Shown one piece after another: positions 52,767-62,527 of a stretch of 64,000 nucleotides of DNA. The stretch is from Cyanobacteria bacterium P01_A01_bin.123 (GTDB lineage Bacteria; Cyanobacteriota; Cyanobacteriia; Phormidesmidales; Phormidesmidaceae): NCBI GenBank assembly GCA_039815185.1, contig JBCBZT010000008.1:128001-192000 (forward strand). The letters run 5' to 3'. The first letter of the stretch is position 1. Each line of letters starts with the position of its first letter. Below the pieces are notes generated by a model. The model ran no database searches. It was given only the letters and a program-made list of their open reading frames with translations, and was not told the DNA's origin. The position numbers were made by a program, and so were the translations under genes.

Positions 52767-52838
52767 TCCCCTCCTCTCTTTCCTTCCCCTTCCCGAGCTT
52801 TTCACCTACCTTATAAAAGTGCTCTGAAAGGAATAGCT

Positions 52839-53474
52839 GTGTCTTTACACGCGATCGCCCCAAAGTTGCCCCAGTCCGAAACCGCAGACAAATTGCTGGT
52901 CATGCTCCACGGCTGGGGCGCTAACGCTAATGATCTCGCAGGCTTGGCCACATACCTTGACTTACCCGGCTATCGCCTGTGCTTCCCCGATGCCCCGTTT
53001 GCCCATCCCCAAGTCCCCGGGGGCCGCATGTGGTATGGCTTTCCTCTCGGGTATGACTTTCGTAGCCCCCCCGACTTTGCAGCCCAGCCGGATTTACAAG
53101 CGAGTCGTCAACGCCTGATTGATTGGCTTAAAGACACCACTGAGGCTATCAACATTCCCCTATCGCGGACGGTGCTCGCAGGATTCTCCCAGGGGGGGGC
53201 CATGACTTTAGATGTCGGGCCTCAGTTACCGCTGGCTGGAATGATGATATTGAGTGGTTATCTCCACGGTGCACTGCATCCCGCATCATCAGTCGCGCCA
53301 GTGTTGATGGTGCATGGCCGTCATGATCCGGTCGTGCCTCTGGCCATGGCCCAGGCAGCCCAGGCTACATTAATCGATCAGGGCGTCTCAGTGCAGTACC
53401 ACGAGATTAACATGGGGCATGAAGTGCAACTTGAAGTGCTGACTCTAATGCAAAGATTTTGCGAAGATTTATAG
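52839..53474 (+). CDS. phospholipase/carboxylesterase alpha/beta hydrolase
   Basis: LHGWGA, GFSQGG, HGRHDPVVP, MGHEV; start moved past the repeat tract. Confidence 0.9.
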   Translation: MSLHAIAPKLPQSETADKLLVMLHGWGANANDLAGLATYLDLPGYRLCFPDAPFAHPQVPGGRMWYGFPLGYDFRSPPDFAAQPDLQASRQRLIDWLKDTTEAINIPLSRTVLAGFSQGGAMTLDVGPQLPLAGMMILSGYLHGALHPASSVAPVLMVHGRHDPVVPLAMAQAAQATLIDQGVSVQYHEINMGHEVQLEVLTLMQRFCEDL

Positions 53475-53611
53475 TGAGCTTCATCAACGAACCATGAGTC
53501 TCGAATTAGGATAGGGATAAATCAGCGGTATTGCTTTTCGGTTTCGACGCTGGGTTAAGTTTAGAGATCAAGCGAATTGACCTAAAAAATATCGCTCCGG
53601 GGGGGAAGACT

Positions 53612-53827
53612 ATGAATCACGCACTGCACTTATCTGACCAAAACATTTCTGCTATGACCCAAGAGTCAGTGGCAGAACTTGCTAAGCGCCTTGAACAAGA
53701 TGCCTACGACAACGCCTTTGAGGGGTTGAGAGATTGGCATCTGTTGAGGGCGATCGCGTTCCAGCGACCTGAAATGGCAACGTCCTATGTTCATCTCCTA
53801 GACATCGAACCGTTCGACGAAGCATAG
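53612..53827 (+). CDS. DUF2555 family protein (IsiD-like)
   Basis: [12 protein letters not shown]...[17 protein letters not shown]; usual position before coaBC. Confidence 0.8.
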   Translation: MNHALHLSDQNISAMTQESVAELAKRLEQDAYDNAFEGLRDWHLLRAIAFQRPEMATSYVHLLDIEPFDEA

Positions 53828-53856
53828 TTCGCATCAGGGGCGATGGTGCGACTGCG

Positions 53857-55068
53857 ATGGCGCGAATTCTGTTGGGTGTCGGTGGTGGAATAGCCGCCTA
53901 CAAGATTTGCCAGGTCGCCTCGACGCTTGCTCAGCAAGGCGTCGAAGTTCGGGCTGTGCTAACCCAGGCAGCGCAGCGGTTTATTGCACCGCTGACGTTT
54001 TCAACGTTATGTCGCCACCGAGCCTACATTGATGACGACTTTTGGCGTGCAACATCATCTCGCCCGCTACACATTGAGCTGGGAGAATGGGCCGATGTGA
54101 TGCTGATTGCACCCCTGACCGCTCATACGCTCGGCAAGTTAGTTCACGGCTTGGCCGACAATTTGTTGACCAATACTGTTTTGGCTTCAACCTGCCCAGT
54201 TTTGATTGCCCCGGCGATGAATACAGACATGTGGCAACAGGCCGCTGTCCAGCGTAACTGGCAGGCGCTTGGTCAAGACTTGCGGTATCACAGCGTAGCG
54301 CCTGGGGTAGGCCGATTGGCCTGCGATCGCGTCGGCAAAGGCCGCATGGCAGAACCGATGGAAATTTTGCCTTACCTGCGATCGCTGCTGATCACCCAAG
54401 GCCAACGCGATCTGGCAGGAAAACAGGTTTTGATCAGCACCGGCAGCACCCACGAATATTGGGATGCGGTGCGGTTTATCGGCAACCCATCAACGGGCAA
54501 AATGGGCTTTGCACTGGCCCAAGCAGCTAGCCATCGGGGCGCTGAAGTAACCCTAGTACATGGGCCAATTGACGCTGATTTATTACAAACGGTATCTAAC
54601 ATTCGCGCGATCGCCGTGACCAGTGCCCACGAGATGCGACAGCAGCTTTTAGCCGCACTGCCCCAGGCAGACTGGATTGTGATGGCAGCAGCGGTGGCGG
54701 ATGTTGCCCCAGCCCAGCGGGTCATCGCTAAACTGCCCAAAGCCAAACTCCCTGACGCATTACCCCTGCAAACTGTCCCAGATATTGCCGCTGAACTGGG
54801 TCAGCGCAAACAGCCCCACCAGCGCCTGGTCGGATTTGCAGCCCAGACGGGGGATATCGTTGCTCCCGCATTGGCTAAACTCCAGCAGAAACAGCTAGAC
54901 GCTATCGTGGCAAATCCGATTGATCAAACCGACAGTGGCTTTGGTAGCGAGACCAATCAGGCAGTTTTCATCGATCGACAGGGACATCAGTCGGCTATCG
55001 ATTTGATGTCAAAGCTAGAGATGGCCCACGAAATTCTCAGCCGTGTTCAGCAGTTGCAGGGTCAATGA
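53857..55068 (+). CDS. coaBC: phosphopantothenoylcysteine decarboxylase/ligase
   Basis: [44 protein letters not shown]. Confidence 0.96.
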   Translation: MARILLGVGGGIAAYKICQVASTLAQQGVEVRAVLTQAAQRFIAPLTFSTLCRHRAYIDDDFWRATSSRPLHIELGEWADVMLIAPLTAHTLGKLVHGLADNLLTNTVLASTCPVLIAPAMNTDMWQQAAVQRNWQALGQDLRYHSVAPGVGRLACDRVGKGRMAEPMEILPYLRSLLITQGQRDLAGKQVLISTGSTHEYWDAVRFIGNPSTGKMGFALAQAASHRGAEVTLVHGPIDADLLQTVSNIRAIAVTSAHEMRQQLLAALPQADWIVMAAAVADVAPAQRVIAKLPKAKLPDALPLQTVPDIAAELGQRKQPHQRLVGFAAQTGDIVAPALAKLQQKQLDAIVANPIDQTDSGFGSETNQAVFIDRQGHQSAIDLMSKLEMAHEILSRVQQLQGQ

Positions 55069-55702
55069 GGGTAAACACGCTGCGGAAAACGGGCAACTTG
55101 TTTTCCAGCGTCATTATTTCCCGCTCCGTCATGGCTGGAAACGGGCTCTCGGGTTCCCAGTGTTGACTGCGCCGTTGAAAGCGGGGATGCTCATTAAAGC
55201 GATCGCTCATATCCACAGCCACCGACTCCACGTCGGACTGGAGCACCACTTCACTACCCAGTGGCATCAGCGTCACGAGTTCAGCCACGAGTTCTGGCTG
55301 CACAACCCGCCGTTTTTGATGACGCTTCTTAAACCACGGATCAGGAAACTGGATACTGACCCGTTGCAAAGGACAATTGGGCCAGTTGGCAAAGAGCGCC
55401 GTTAGCGTTGTATTGACATTGCAAAAAATAAAGTGGACATTCGCCAGGGCACTGTTATCTCGGTGCGCTAGAGCCTGAGTCACCAGGGGTTGACGAATTT
55501 CTAACCCCAAATAATTCCAGGCAGGCTGTTGATCGGCCATTTGAAACAAAAATCGGCCCCGCCCGCAGCCAATATCTAGGTGCAAGGGTTGCGCCAGTTG
55601 CCCATAGACGGTAGCCCAGTCTGGCGGTTCTACCAAGAACCGATACTTGTCACTCAGGGGATTAACGTGTTGACGAACCCGAACCGCAGCCAAGGGATAC
55701 AA
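55037..55702 (-). CDS. trmB: tRNA (guanine-N7)-methyltransferase
   Basis: [27 protein letters not shown]. Confidence 0.96.
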   Translation of the reverse strand: MYPLAAVRVRQHVNPLSDKYRFLVEPPDWATVYGQLAQPLHLDIGCGRGRFLFQMADQQPAWNYLGLEIRQPLVTQALAHRDNSALANVHFIFCNVNTTLTALFANWPNCPLQRVSIQFPDPWFKKRHQKRRVVQPELVAELVTLMPLGSEVVLQSDVESVAVDMSDRFNEHPRFQRRSQHWEPESPFPAMTEREIMTLENKLPVFRSVFTLIDPATAEHG

Positions 55703-55813
55703 ACCTCCAAAGTTTCCAGGACAGGATTTCTCTAAGGGCAGAGTTTTTCTCGAAACCAGCTAGGCTGGAAAAGATTAGCCTTGCTTATTGACCTTAGTAC
55801 CAAATCACAAACC

Positions 55814-56932
55814 ATGGGCGTTCAGTTTCGCTTTGGCATCATTAGCGATTTACATATCGCCTTACCCCATACGATTTGGGATATTCCGAACCGCTTTCAT
55901 CTCGTCGAAGTCAGCACCCACGCCCTAGAACAGGCGTTAGCCCACCTGGTTCAACTCGACTTAGATTTTTTGCTGTTACCGGGTGATTTAACCCAGCACG
56001 GTGAAGGCGACAACCACGAGTGGTTAGTGGCAAGACTCAGCCAACTGCCCTTTCCAGTCTACGTGGTTCCTGGCAATCACGATATTGTTCAGGCCCAGGC
56101 CCAGGCGGGTCGGATTGGCCTGAGCGATTTTCCCAAACGCTATGAAAAATTTGGCTACGGCCAGTCTGCTCAGCCTTACTATGTCGAGACCTTGCTACCT
56201 GGGGTGAATCTGATCGGCCTCAATTCCATTGCCTTTGACGACAGCGGACAACAGCTGCCAACGGGATGGATGGATGAGCAGCAGCTTGATTGGCTAGCAG
56301 ACACTTTAACCTGCTTAGCGGATCAGTTCACGCTAGTGATGATTCACCACAACGTATTGGAGCATTTACCCCAACAATCGAAAAGCCCCCTTGGTCAACG
56401 TTACATGCTGAAAAACGCTGACCGGCTGCTGGCCTGTTTGCAAGGCACTGGGGCTAAGTTGATCTTGACCGGCCATCTCCACGTCCAAGATGTGGCGCGT
56501 AACTCAGAAATCTGCGAGATCACGACCGGATCTCTGGTCAGCTATCCCCATCCCTACCGAGTGGTGCGGATCAGCCAGCAAGACAACCCTCAAGATAATT
56601 CCCAGTGGCAAGTCGAGATTGAATCTCACACCATTCAATCAGTGCCAGGATGGCCCGATCTACCAACGCGATCGCGGCAGTGGATGAGCGATCGCTCCTT
56701 TCCTTTCATGATGAAACTGCTGACTCGCCCACCCCTTTCCTTGCCAGAGGCAGAGGCTGCGCACATTGCCCCCGATTTACGGGATTTTTGGGCTACCATC
56801 GCGGCTGGCGACAGCCAGTTTGACGTATCTGCCCTACCCCGCCGAGTGCAGCGCTACTTTGAGCCGTTTAATGTCCCAATCGTCGACGGCAAGCCCCAGA
56901 CTATCGACAACTTCGCCACCTTATCTCTGTAG
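55814..56932 (+). CDS. metallophosphoesterase
   Basis: SDLH, GDLT, PGNHD, HH, TGHLH. Confidence 0.9.
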   Translation: MGVQFRFGIISDLHIALPHTIWDIPNRFHLVEVSTHALEQALAHLVQLDLDFLLLPGDLTQHGEGDNHEWLVARLSQLPFPVYVVPGNHDIVQAQAQAGRIGLSDFPKRYEKFGYGQSAQPYYVETLLPGVNLIGLNSIAFDDSGQQLPTGWMDEQQLDWLADTLTCLADQFTLVMIHHNVLEHLPQQSKSPLGQRYMLKNADRLLACLQGTGAKLILTGHLHVQDVARNSEICEITTGSLVSYPHPYRVVRISQQDNPQDNSQWQVEIESHTIQSVPGWPDLPTRSRQWMSDRSFPFMMKLLTRPPLSLPEAEAAHIAPDLRDFWATIAAGDSQFDVSALPRRVQRYFEPFNVPIVDGKPQTIDNFATLSL

Positions 56933-56940
56933 GTTCGCGC

Positions 56941-57059
56941 ACTCTGCATGCCCTCTTTGCATATGTGCCCGGAGGGCTTTAAGCCCTGATTCTGGAGGAC
57001 TTTGAGAGATTTATTCCCTCAGAATTAGGGGCTCAATCATACCGCTATTCAGCAACACC
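56941..57059 (-). mobile_element. one-ended copy of the MITE-like element at 19467
   Basis: reverse complement matches about 19467-19600, including the terminal TTCAGCAACACC. Confidence 0.75.
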
Positions 57060-57090
57060 CAGAAACTCGAGATTGCAACAGTGTTGATAC

Positions 57091-57154
57091 TTGACACTTT
57101 TGAATAGTACATTTATTCTGTATTTAACCGCGCGGTTAAATACAGAATAAATGT
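57091..57154 (+). promoter_or_regulatory. sigma70-type promoter with 46-bp palindromic operator
   Basis: TTGACA(57091)-N17-TATTCT(57114); perfect palindrome 57109-57154 centred on TTTAACCGCGCGGTTAAA. Confidence 0.75.
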
Positions 57155-57504
57155 CAACTGACTCATTGAGTGTTACGTTTTCTGCCCTTGCTGATCCCAC
57201 GCGGCGGGCAATCTTGGCTCACCTTGCCAGAGGTGAAGCATCGGTTAATGAAATAGCCGAACCTTTTAATATCAGTCTGCCGGCCATTTCTAAACACCTC
57301 AAGGTGTTAGAGAGGGCACAGCTGATCACACGCAGTCGTGAAGCACAATGGCGGCCCTGCCGATTTCAGGCCGCCCCCTTAAAAGACGCCTCAGAGTGGA
57401 TCGCGCAGTATCGCCAATGTTGGGACGAGAGTTTTGATCGCTTAGACGACTACTTACAAAAATTGCAATCTCAGGAGAAAAAAGATGACTCAAGACAAGA
57501 TTGA
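57151..57504 (+). CDS. ArsR/SmtB family regulator
   Basis: FSALADPTRRAIL, ISLPAISKHLKVLE. Confidence 0.93.
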   Translation: MSTDSLSVTFSALADPTRRAILAHLARGEASVNEIAEPFNISLPAISKHLKVLERAQLITRSREAQWRPCRFQAAPLKDASEWIAQYRQCWDESFDRLDDYLQKLQSQEKKDDSRQD

Positions 57505-57976
57505 CCCGTCTGAACTTGAAATCGTAATCACTCGCGTTTTCAATGCGCCACGGGAACTGGTGTTCCAAGCGTGGACTGAGCCAGACCATATCGCTCAGTG
57601 GTGGGGGCCAAAAGGGTTTACGACACGAGTGACTGAATTAGACCTGCGCCCCGGCGGCACCTGGCGCTATGTCATGACTAGCCCAGAGGGCAAAGAGTAT
57701 CCAGTTAAAGGCGTCTTCCGCGAAATTATCCCGCCTGAGCGGCTCGTGACTACCGATAGATTCGATGGAGTATATGAGCAGGGCACAGATCTGCCTCAAG
57801 AAATGGTCACAACAGCTGCCTTTGAAGACTTGGGTAACCAAACAAAGCTGATATTGACAACAACACATCCCTCGGTTGAAGAACGTCGCAAGCATGAGGA
57901 CATGGGGGCGATCGGCGGATGGAACTCTAGCTTTGATCGATTGAAAGACTATTTAGGAAACAAAATGGCCGGGTAA
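57485..57976 (+). CDS. SRPBCC/AHSA1 domain protein
   Basis: ITRVFNAPRELVFQAWT, WWGP, DLRPGG. Confidence 0.92.
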   Translation: MTQDKIDPSELEIVITRVFNAPRELVFQAWTEPDHIAQWWGPKGFTTRVTELDLRPGGTWRYVMTSPEGKEYPVKGVFREIIPPERLVTTDRFDGVYEQGTDLPQEMVTTAAFEDLGNQTKLILTTTHPSVEERRKHEDMGAIGGWNSSFDRLKDYLGNKMAG

Positions 57977-57995
57977 TTTGCGGGTGGTTTGACCC

Positions 57996-59240
57996 ATGAC
58001 TGGCAACGAACTCAATCACATCCGAGCGCAGGTAGATGCTATCTATCGGGCTGAGTCACGTCGGGTTTTTGCAACCCTAATTCGATTGTTGGGGGACTTT
58101 AACCTGGCCGAAGAGGCGATGCACGATGCCTTTACAGCAGCAACGATGCAGTGGCCACGCGATGGCATGCCCGCGAATCCTCGAACCTGGCTTGTTTCAG
58201 TGGGTCGCTTTAAGGCGATTGATACGATTCGCCGCCGCGCTCGCTTCGACGCATCTCTATCAGAACTGGCTCAGCGCCTTAATCCCAGTGATAACCCCAT
58301 AGCAGAAGACGAAGAACTGGAGGACGATCGGCTGCGACTGATCTTTACCTGCTGTCATCCGGCGCTCTCGCCAGAAGCTCAGGTGGCGCTGACGCTGCGG
58401 GAAGTCTGCGGGCTCACCACGGAGGAAATCGCTAGCGCCTTCTTGATTGCAGCTCCCACGCTGGCACAGCGGATCGTGCGTGCTAAGGCAAAAATTCGAG
58501 ACGCCCACATTACCTATCAGGTCCCGTCCGGGGATGAGTTACCAGCAAGATTGGACACGGTGCTCCAAGTGATCTATCTGGTCTTCAACGAAGGCTATGC
58601 AGCCTCATCTGGCGCGTCGCTGACGCGGGCCGATCTCTCAACAGAGGCCATCCGTTTAGGGCGATTGGTCACGGCGCTGCTGCCAGATGCTGAGGTGAGG
58701 GGGTTACTGGCCCTAATGTTGCTGCAAGACTCTCGGCGCACCACTCGCACATCACCCACAGGCGACCTGATCTTGCTAGGAGACCAGGATCGCTCACGCT
58801 GGAACCATCAGCTAATTGCTGAAGGCGAGGCGCTAGTGCAGCAGGCGCTATCTTCAAGGCAGGTGGGGTCTTATACGCTACAGGCTGCGATCGCAGCTGT
58901 CCACGCCCAAGCATCAGAGGCAGCCACAACCGACTGGGCAAAGATCGTGGCTCTGTATGACCTGCTGACGCGAGTCGAGCCATCGCCTGTTGTGCTTCTA
59001 AATCGGGCCGTAGCTGTCGCGATGCGGGATGGCCCGTCAGCAGGATTGCGACTGATTGACAAAATCTTGGCGCAGGGTGATCTAGCCAACTACCATCTGG
59101 CACATGCAGCCCGAGCCGATTTGTATCGACGGCTGGGTAGAACAGCTGAGGCCAAGGATGCCTACCAGCAAGCGTTGACTCTGGTAAAGCAAGCATCGGA
59201 ACGCCGTTTTCTGGAAGGACGACTGCGCGAGTTGGGCTAA
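57996..59240 (+). CDS. ECF sigma factor with C-terminal TPR-like extension (ECF42-type)
   Basis: [54 protein letters not shown]. Confidence 0.93.
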   Translation: MTGNELNHIRAQVDAIYRAESRRVFATLIRLLGDFNLAEEAMHDAFTAATMQWPRDGMPANPRTWLVSVGRFKAIDTIRRRARFDASLSELAQRLNPSDNPIAEDEELEDDRLRLIFTCCHPALSPEAQVALTLREVCGLTTEEIASAFLIAAPTLAQRIVRAKAKIRDAHITYQVPSGDELPARLDTVLQVIYLVFNEGYAASSGASLTRADLSTEAIRLGRLVTALLPDAEVRGLLALMLLQDSRRTTRTSPTGDLILLGDQDRSRWNHQLIAEGEALVQQALSSRQVGSYTLQAAIAAVHAQASEAATTDWAKIVALYDLLTRVEPSPVVLLNRAVAVAMRDGPSAGLRLIDKILAQGDLANYHLAHAARADLYRRLGRTAEAKDAYQQALTLVKQASERRFLEGRLRELG

Positions 59241-59257
59241 AAAATTTTTTGGCGCAC

Positions 59258-59287
59258 TGTCGATTTGCGACTCCCCCAGACGACTAC
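59258..59287 (+). promoter_or_regulatory. ECF42-type promoter TGTCGA-N17-CGAC
   Basis: TGTCGA at 59258, CGACTAC at 59281, directly upstream of the DGPF gene. Confidence 0.7.
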
Positions 59288-59329
59288 TGGATGAAAGCGA
59301 TAATTTTCAACCCATATCTGGAGGTCACA

Positions 59330-59712
59330 ATGAAATTTATCTGCCTGGGATACCTGGACGAAACGCATTGGGATGCCATGTCTAAAGCCGAGCAAACGAC
59401 TTTTATGGAGACGTGCTTGGCCTACGACGATGAACTGCGCCGGGGGGGACACTTTATTGGGGGAGAAGCCCTTCAAAGTATCCGGAATGCTGCGACACTA
59501 CGGTATCAGCGTGAGTCACAGACGGGCCCTATGCCGAAACCAAAGAGCAACTCGGCGGCATTCTACTACTTGAAGCCAGAGATCTAAACCACGCCATCCA
59601 CCTGATGTCCCAGCATCCGGGTGTGCGCATTGGCCCCTTCGAGATTCGCCCAGCGGATGAGGAGATCAACGCGCTTGTCGGAAGTGGCATCAGCGTTCAG
59701 CAGGAAGTTTAA
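59330..59712 (+). pseudogene. frameshifted YciI/DGPF family gene
   Basis: MKFICLGY...ATLRYQ in one frame; [15 protein letters not shown]...FEIRPAD in another frame from 59515. Confidence 0.88.
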
Positions 59713-59734
59713 GGTCAATAAAGGAGAAATTGTC

Positions 59735-60433
59735 ATGACAACCGACACCCTGGCGCATCCGCAAATTGTATCGAAGAAAGCCTGGCTCACTGAGCGCAAA
59801 GCGCTGCTGGATGAAGAAAAAGAACTCACCAAACACCTTGACCGGGTGAACGCTAAGCGGCGGCGACTATCGATGGTCAAAGTAGATCAGGCGTATAGCT
59901 TCGAGGGACCCGACGGCAACACGAGTCTGCTTGATCTATTTCAGGGGCACCGTCAACTGATCGTTTACCACTTCATGTTTTCCCCTGATTGGGACAAAGG
60001 CTGTTCGGGCTGTACAGGTCTCATCAATGCCCTGGGCGACCTGTCAATGTTGACTGAGCGTGATACAACGCTCGTACTCATTTCACGCGCACCGCTGGCG
60101 AAGCTTGAGCAGTACAAAGTACAGCAGGGATGGAACCTACCTTGGGTCTCCTCTTTGAACAGCGACTTCAACTACGACTTCCACGTCACCCTAGACGAAT
60201 CAGTAACACCAGCTCAGTACAACTACCATCCGGTTTCCATTAAAGGAGAAAGACACGGCATGAGTGTGTTCTTCCGCCTTGACGACGCGATCTTTCACAC
60301 CTATTCAACCTACGCGCGCGGCTGTGAAGCACTCACCGATACTTATCGTCTCCTTGATATAACGCCCTACGGACGCCAGGAAGACTTTGAGGAATCACCT
60401 TCCGGCTGGCCGCAGAAACCGACTTATGGCTAG
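59735..60433 (+). CDS. DUF899 thioredoxin-like protein
   Basis: W...[52 protein letters not shown]. Confidence 0.92.
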   Translation: MTTDTLAHPQIVSKKAWLTERKALLDEEKELTKHLDRVNAKRRRLSMVKVDQAYSFEGPDGNTSLLDLFQGHRQLIVYHFMFSPDWDKGCSGCTGLINALGDLSMLTERDTTLVLISRAPLAKLEQYKVQQGWNLPWVSSLNSDFNYDFHVTLDESVTPAQYNYHPVSIKGERHGMSVFFRLDDAIFHTYSTYARGCEALTDTYRLLDITPYGRQEDFEESPSGWPQKPTYG

Positions 60434-60503
60434 AGGCAGGGATTTTGGGGAATGAATGGCGGCAGTGGCCTGTAGTTCAAACCAGAAAATCTCGGCATCG
60501 CGG

Positions 60504-60557
60504 GAATCAGGAGCCAGGAATCAGGAGCCAATATCACTCTTGAATTCTGACTCCTGC
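60504..60557. repeat. short tandem/inverted repeat (GAATCAGGAGCCAG x2 ... TTCTGACTCCTG)
   Basis: heptamer-based tandem units with an inverted partner; similar units at about 4062-4105. Confidence 0.55.
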
Positions 60558-60644
60558 CCCAGAAATATCTCTCGCTTTGAGTCGGTAACCATTTCCCAAA
60601 ACAGCCATTCGCGATAGGCATTTAGAAACTTCAGGAGACGAATC

Positions 60645-61004
60645 ATGAAATACATGTTGCTCGTTTACAGTGACGAAAACGCCTGGACCGAAAGCGAGCA
60701 GGCGCGTTGCTATGCAGAGTCGATAGAACTCACCCAAAAACTGAATGCGGACGGTCAATACTTGGGTGCCGCCCCACTCCAAACCGTTTCAATGGCAACC
60801 AGTGTGCGGGTGCGCGAGGGAAAACGACTGGTGACTGATGGCCCATTTGCAGAAACTCGTGAACAATTGGGGGGCTATTTTTTGATTGATGCCCAGGATT
60901 TAGATGAGGCGATCGCGATCGCCGGACGCATTCCCGGAGCCCGTAAAGGCACCATCGAAATTCGACCGCTGCTGGAACTCTCGGGCTTGCCATCAGAGCA
61001 ATAG
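60645..61004 (+). CDS. YciI/DGPF family protein
   Basis: MKYMLLVY, VTDGPFAETREQLGGYF, IEIRP. Confidence 0.93.
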   Translation: MKYMLLVYSDENAWTESEQARCYAESIELTQKLNADGQYLGAAPLQTVSMATSVRVREGKRLVTDGPFAETREQLGGYFLIDAQDLDEAIAIAGRIPGARKGTIEIRPLLELSGLPSEQ

Positions 61005-61123
61005 GAGAATACAGATGCTCAACTTATCTACACAGACAACAGAAGAACACATTGATCTACAACCGTAATTCCTCACCTCAGAAAATAAAGGAGTAGAAAA
61101 AGTTTATCTTTGAGGAAAAAAAC

Positions 61124-61594
61124 ATGCAGAAAATTACGCCATTTTTGTGGTTTGACAACAATGCTGAGGATGCGGCTAATTTCTACACCTCCATTTTCAA
61201 GAATTCACAAATTCTCAATATAAGGCGTTATTCAGAGGGTTCACCTGGCCCAGCAGGAACCGTAATGACCGTGGAATTTCAGCTTGATGGACAGGATTTC
61301 ATCGCACTAAATGGTGGCCCTCATTTCACGTTTTCACCCGCAATTTCATTCTTTGTAAACTGCAACTCGCAGCAGGAAGTGGATGAATTGTGGAACAGAC
61401 TCTCTGATGGTGGAGAAACGCAACAATGTGGCTGGCTCAAAGATAAATATGGGATGTCCTGGCAGATTATTCCCACTCGATTAGGCGAGCTGTTGCACAG
61501 TAGTGACGCTGCCAAATCGAAGCGAGTCATGGAAGCCATGCTCACAATGGTCAAGCTTGATATTGATGCCTTGGAGCACGCTTACGAGCAGTAG
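61124..61594 (+). CDS. VOC family, 3-demethylubiquinone-9 3-methyltransferase/PhnB-like
   Basis: KITPFLWFD, ALNGGP, CGWLKDKYG.SWQI. Confidence 0.92.
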   Translation: MQKITPFLWFDNNAEDAANFYTSIFKNSQILNIRRYSEGSPGPAGTVMTVEFQLDGQDFIALNGGPHFTFSPAISFFVNCNSQQEVDELWNRLSDGGETQQCGWLKDKYGMSWQIIPTRLGELLHSSDAAKSKRVMEAMLTMVKLDIDALEHAYEQ

Positions 61595-61657
61595 CTCTAA
61601 ACTACATCCGATTTGAAAATCGGAGTTTTCCTTTAGTCAAAAACTGAGGATCTGGAT

Positions 61658-61924
61658 GACGCCTTTCGACTGCTCTCTGGCGAATTTGACGTTAACGATT
61701 ATCGATGTACGCCCACCAGCAATCACAACCTCTTCTGCAAACACTGCGGCATCCGTGCTTTCGGGTGGGGAGAGGCCCCAGAACTCGATGGCAAGTTTTA
61801 CGGCGTCAATGTGACCTGCCTCGACGATGTTGACGTCAACGAACTTTTGGGTGCACCGATCGCTTACCTTGATGGCCGCAACGATAACTATCAATCACCC
61901 CCACTTGAAACCAGGTACCTTTGA
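61658..61924 (+). pseudogene. 5'-truncated GFA (CENP-V-like) family gene
   Basis: DAFRLLSGE...HNLFCKHCGIRAF...VNVTCLDD...YLDGRND; in-frame stop at 61634, no start, N-terminal CxC motifs missing. Confidence 0.82.
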
Positions 61925-61936
61925 TGCTGAAAACTC

Positions 61937-62323
61937 ATGAGCTTATCCTACAAACCAACTGGCTACAACACCGTTTCCCCCTATCTCGTTGTCAACGGTG
62001 CAGCAAAGACAATCGAGTTTCTTGTCCAGGTGTTTGGAGCTGTTGAACTGAGACGATTCCCGAATGATGCTGGAAAGCTGATCCATGCAGAAGTCCGCAT
62101 CGACGATACGGTATTGATGATTGCTGACAGCGGCGATGGCTGGCCTTCAATGCCTACCCATGTACATATCTATGTCAAAGACGTGGATGTGACTTACGCA
62201 AATGCTCTCGCAGCCGGAGCTACCTCAGTTCGAACACCTGTCAAAAAAGATGATGCGGACAAACGAGGCGGGGTGAAAGACGCTGGCGGCACAACTTGGT
62301 GGATTGCCACCAAAGTTGCTTAG
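61937..62323 (+). CDS. VOC/glyoxalase family protein (PhnB-like)
   Basis: VSPYLVV, HAEVRIDD, YVKDVD, GGVKD..G.TWWIAT. Confidence 0.9.
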   Translation: MSLSYKPTGYNTVSPYLVVNGAAKTIEFLVQVFGAVELRRFPNDAGKLIHAEVRIDDTVLMIADSGDGWPSMPTHVHIYVKDVDVTYANALAAGATSVRTPVKKDDADKRGGVKDAGGTTWWIATKVA

Positions 62324-62485
62324 CCCCCTCAAGTCTCAGAATTTCTAAAGTGGAGCCTACTAGACTTACTTGCGATCGCCAGACAGGTATGGTGAGCACC
62401 TGTGTGGCCTATCTATTAGGCAGAGTGGTTTTAGAGGCATAGGAACTGAGACTTGCTAACAACTGATGCGCCTTTAAGGCAGTAC

Positions 62486-62517
62486 TTCCTTGGGAGACTG
62501 ACTAGTCTCCCAAGGAA
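62486..62517. terminator. 14-bp stem hairpin between convergent genes
   Basis: TTCCTTGGGAGACT-GACT-AGTCTCCCAAGGAA. Confidence 0.65.
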
Positions 62518-62527
62518 TGGCTACGGT

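Noticed and set aside
52590..52838. Pro-rich N-terminus of the hydrolase
   Set aside because: Translation of the tandem repeat tract
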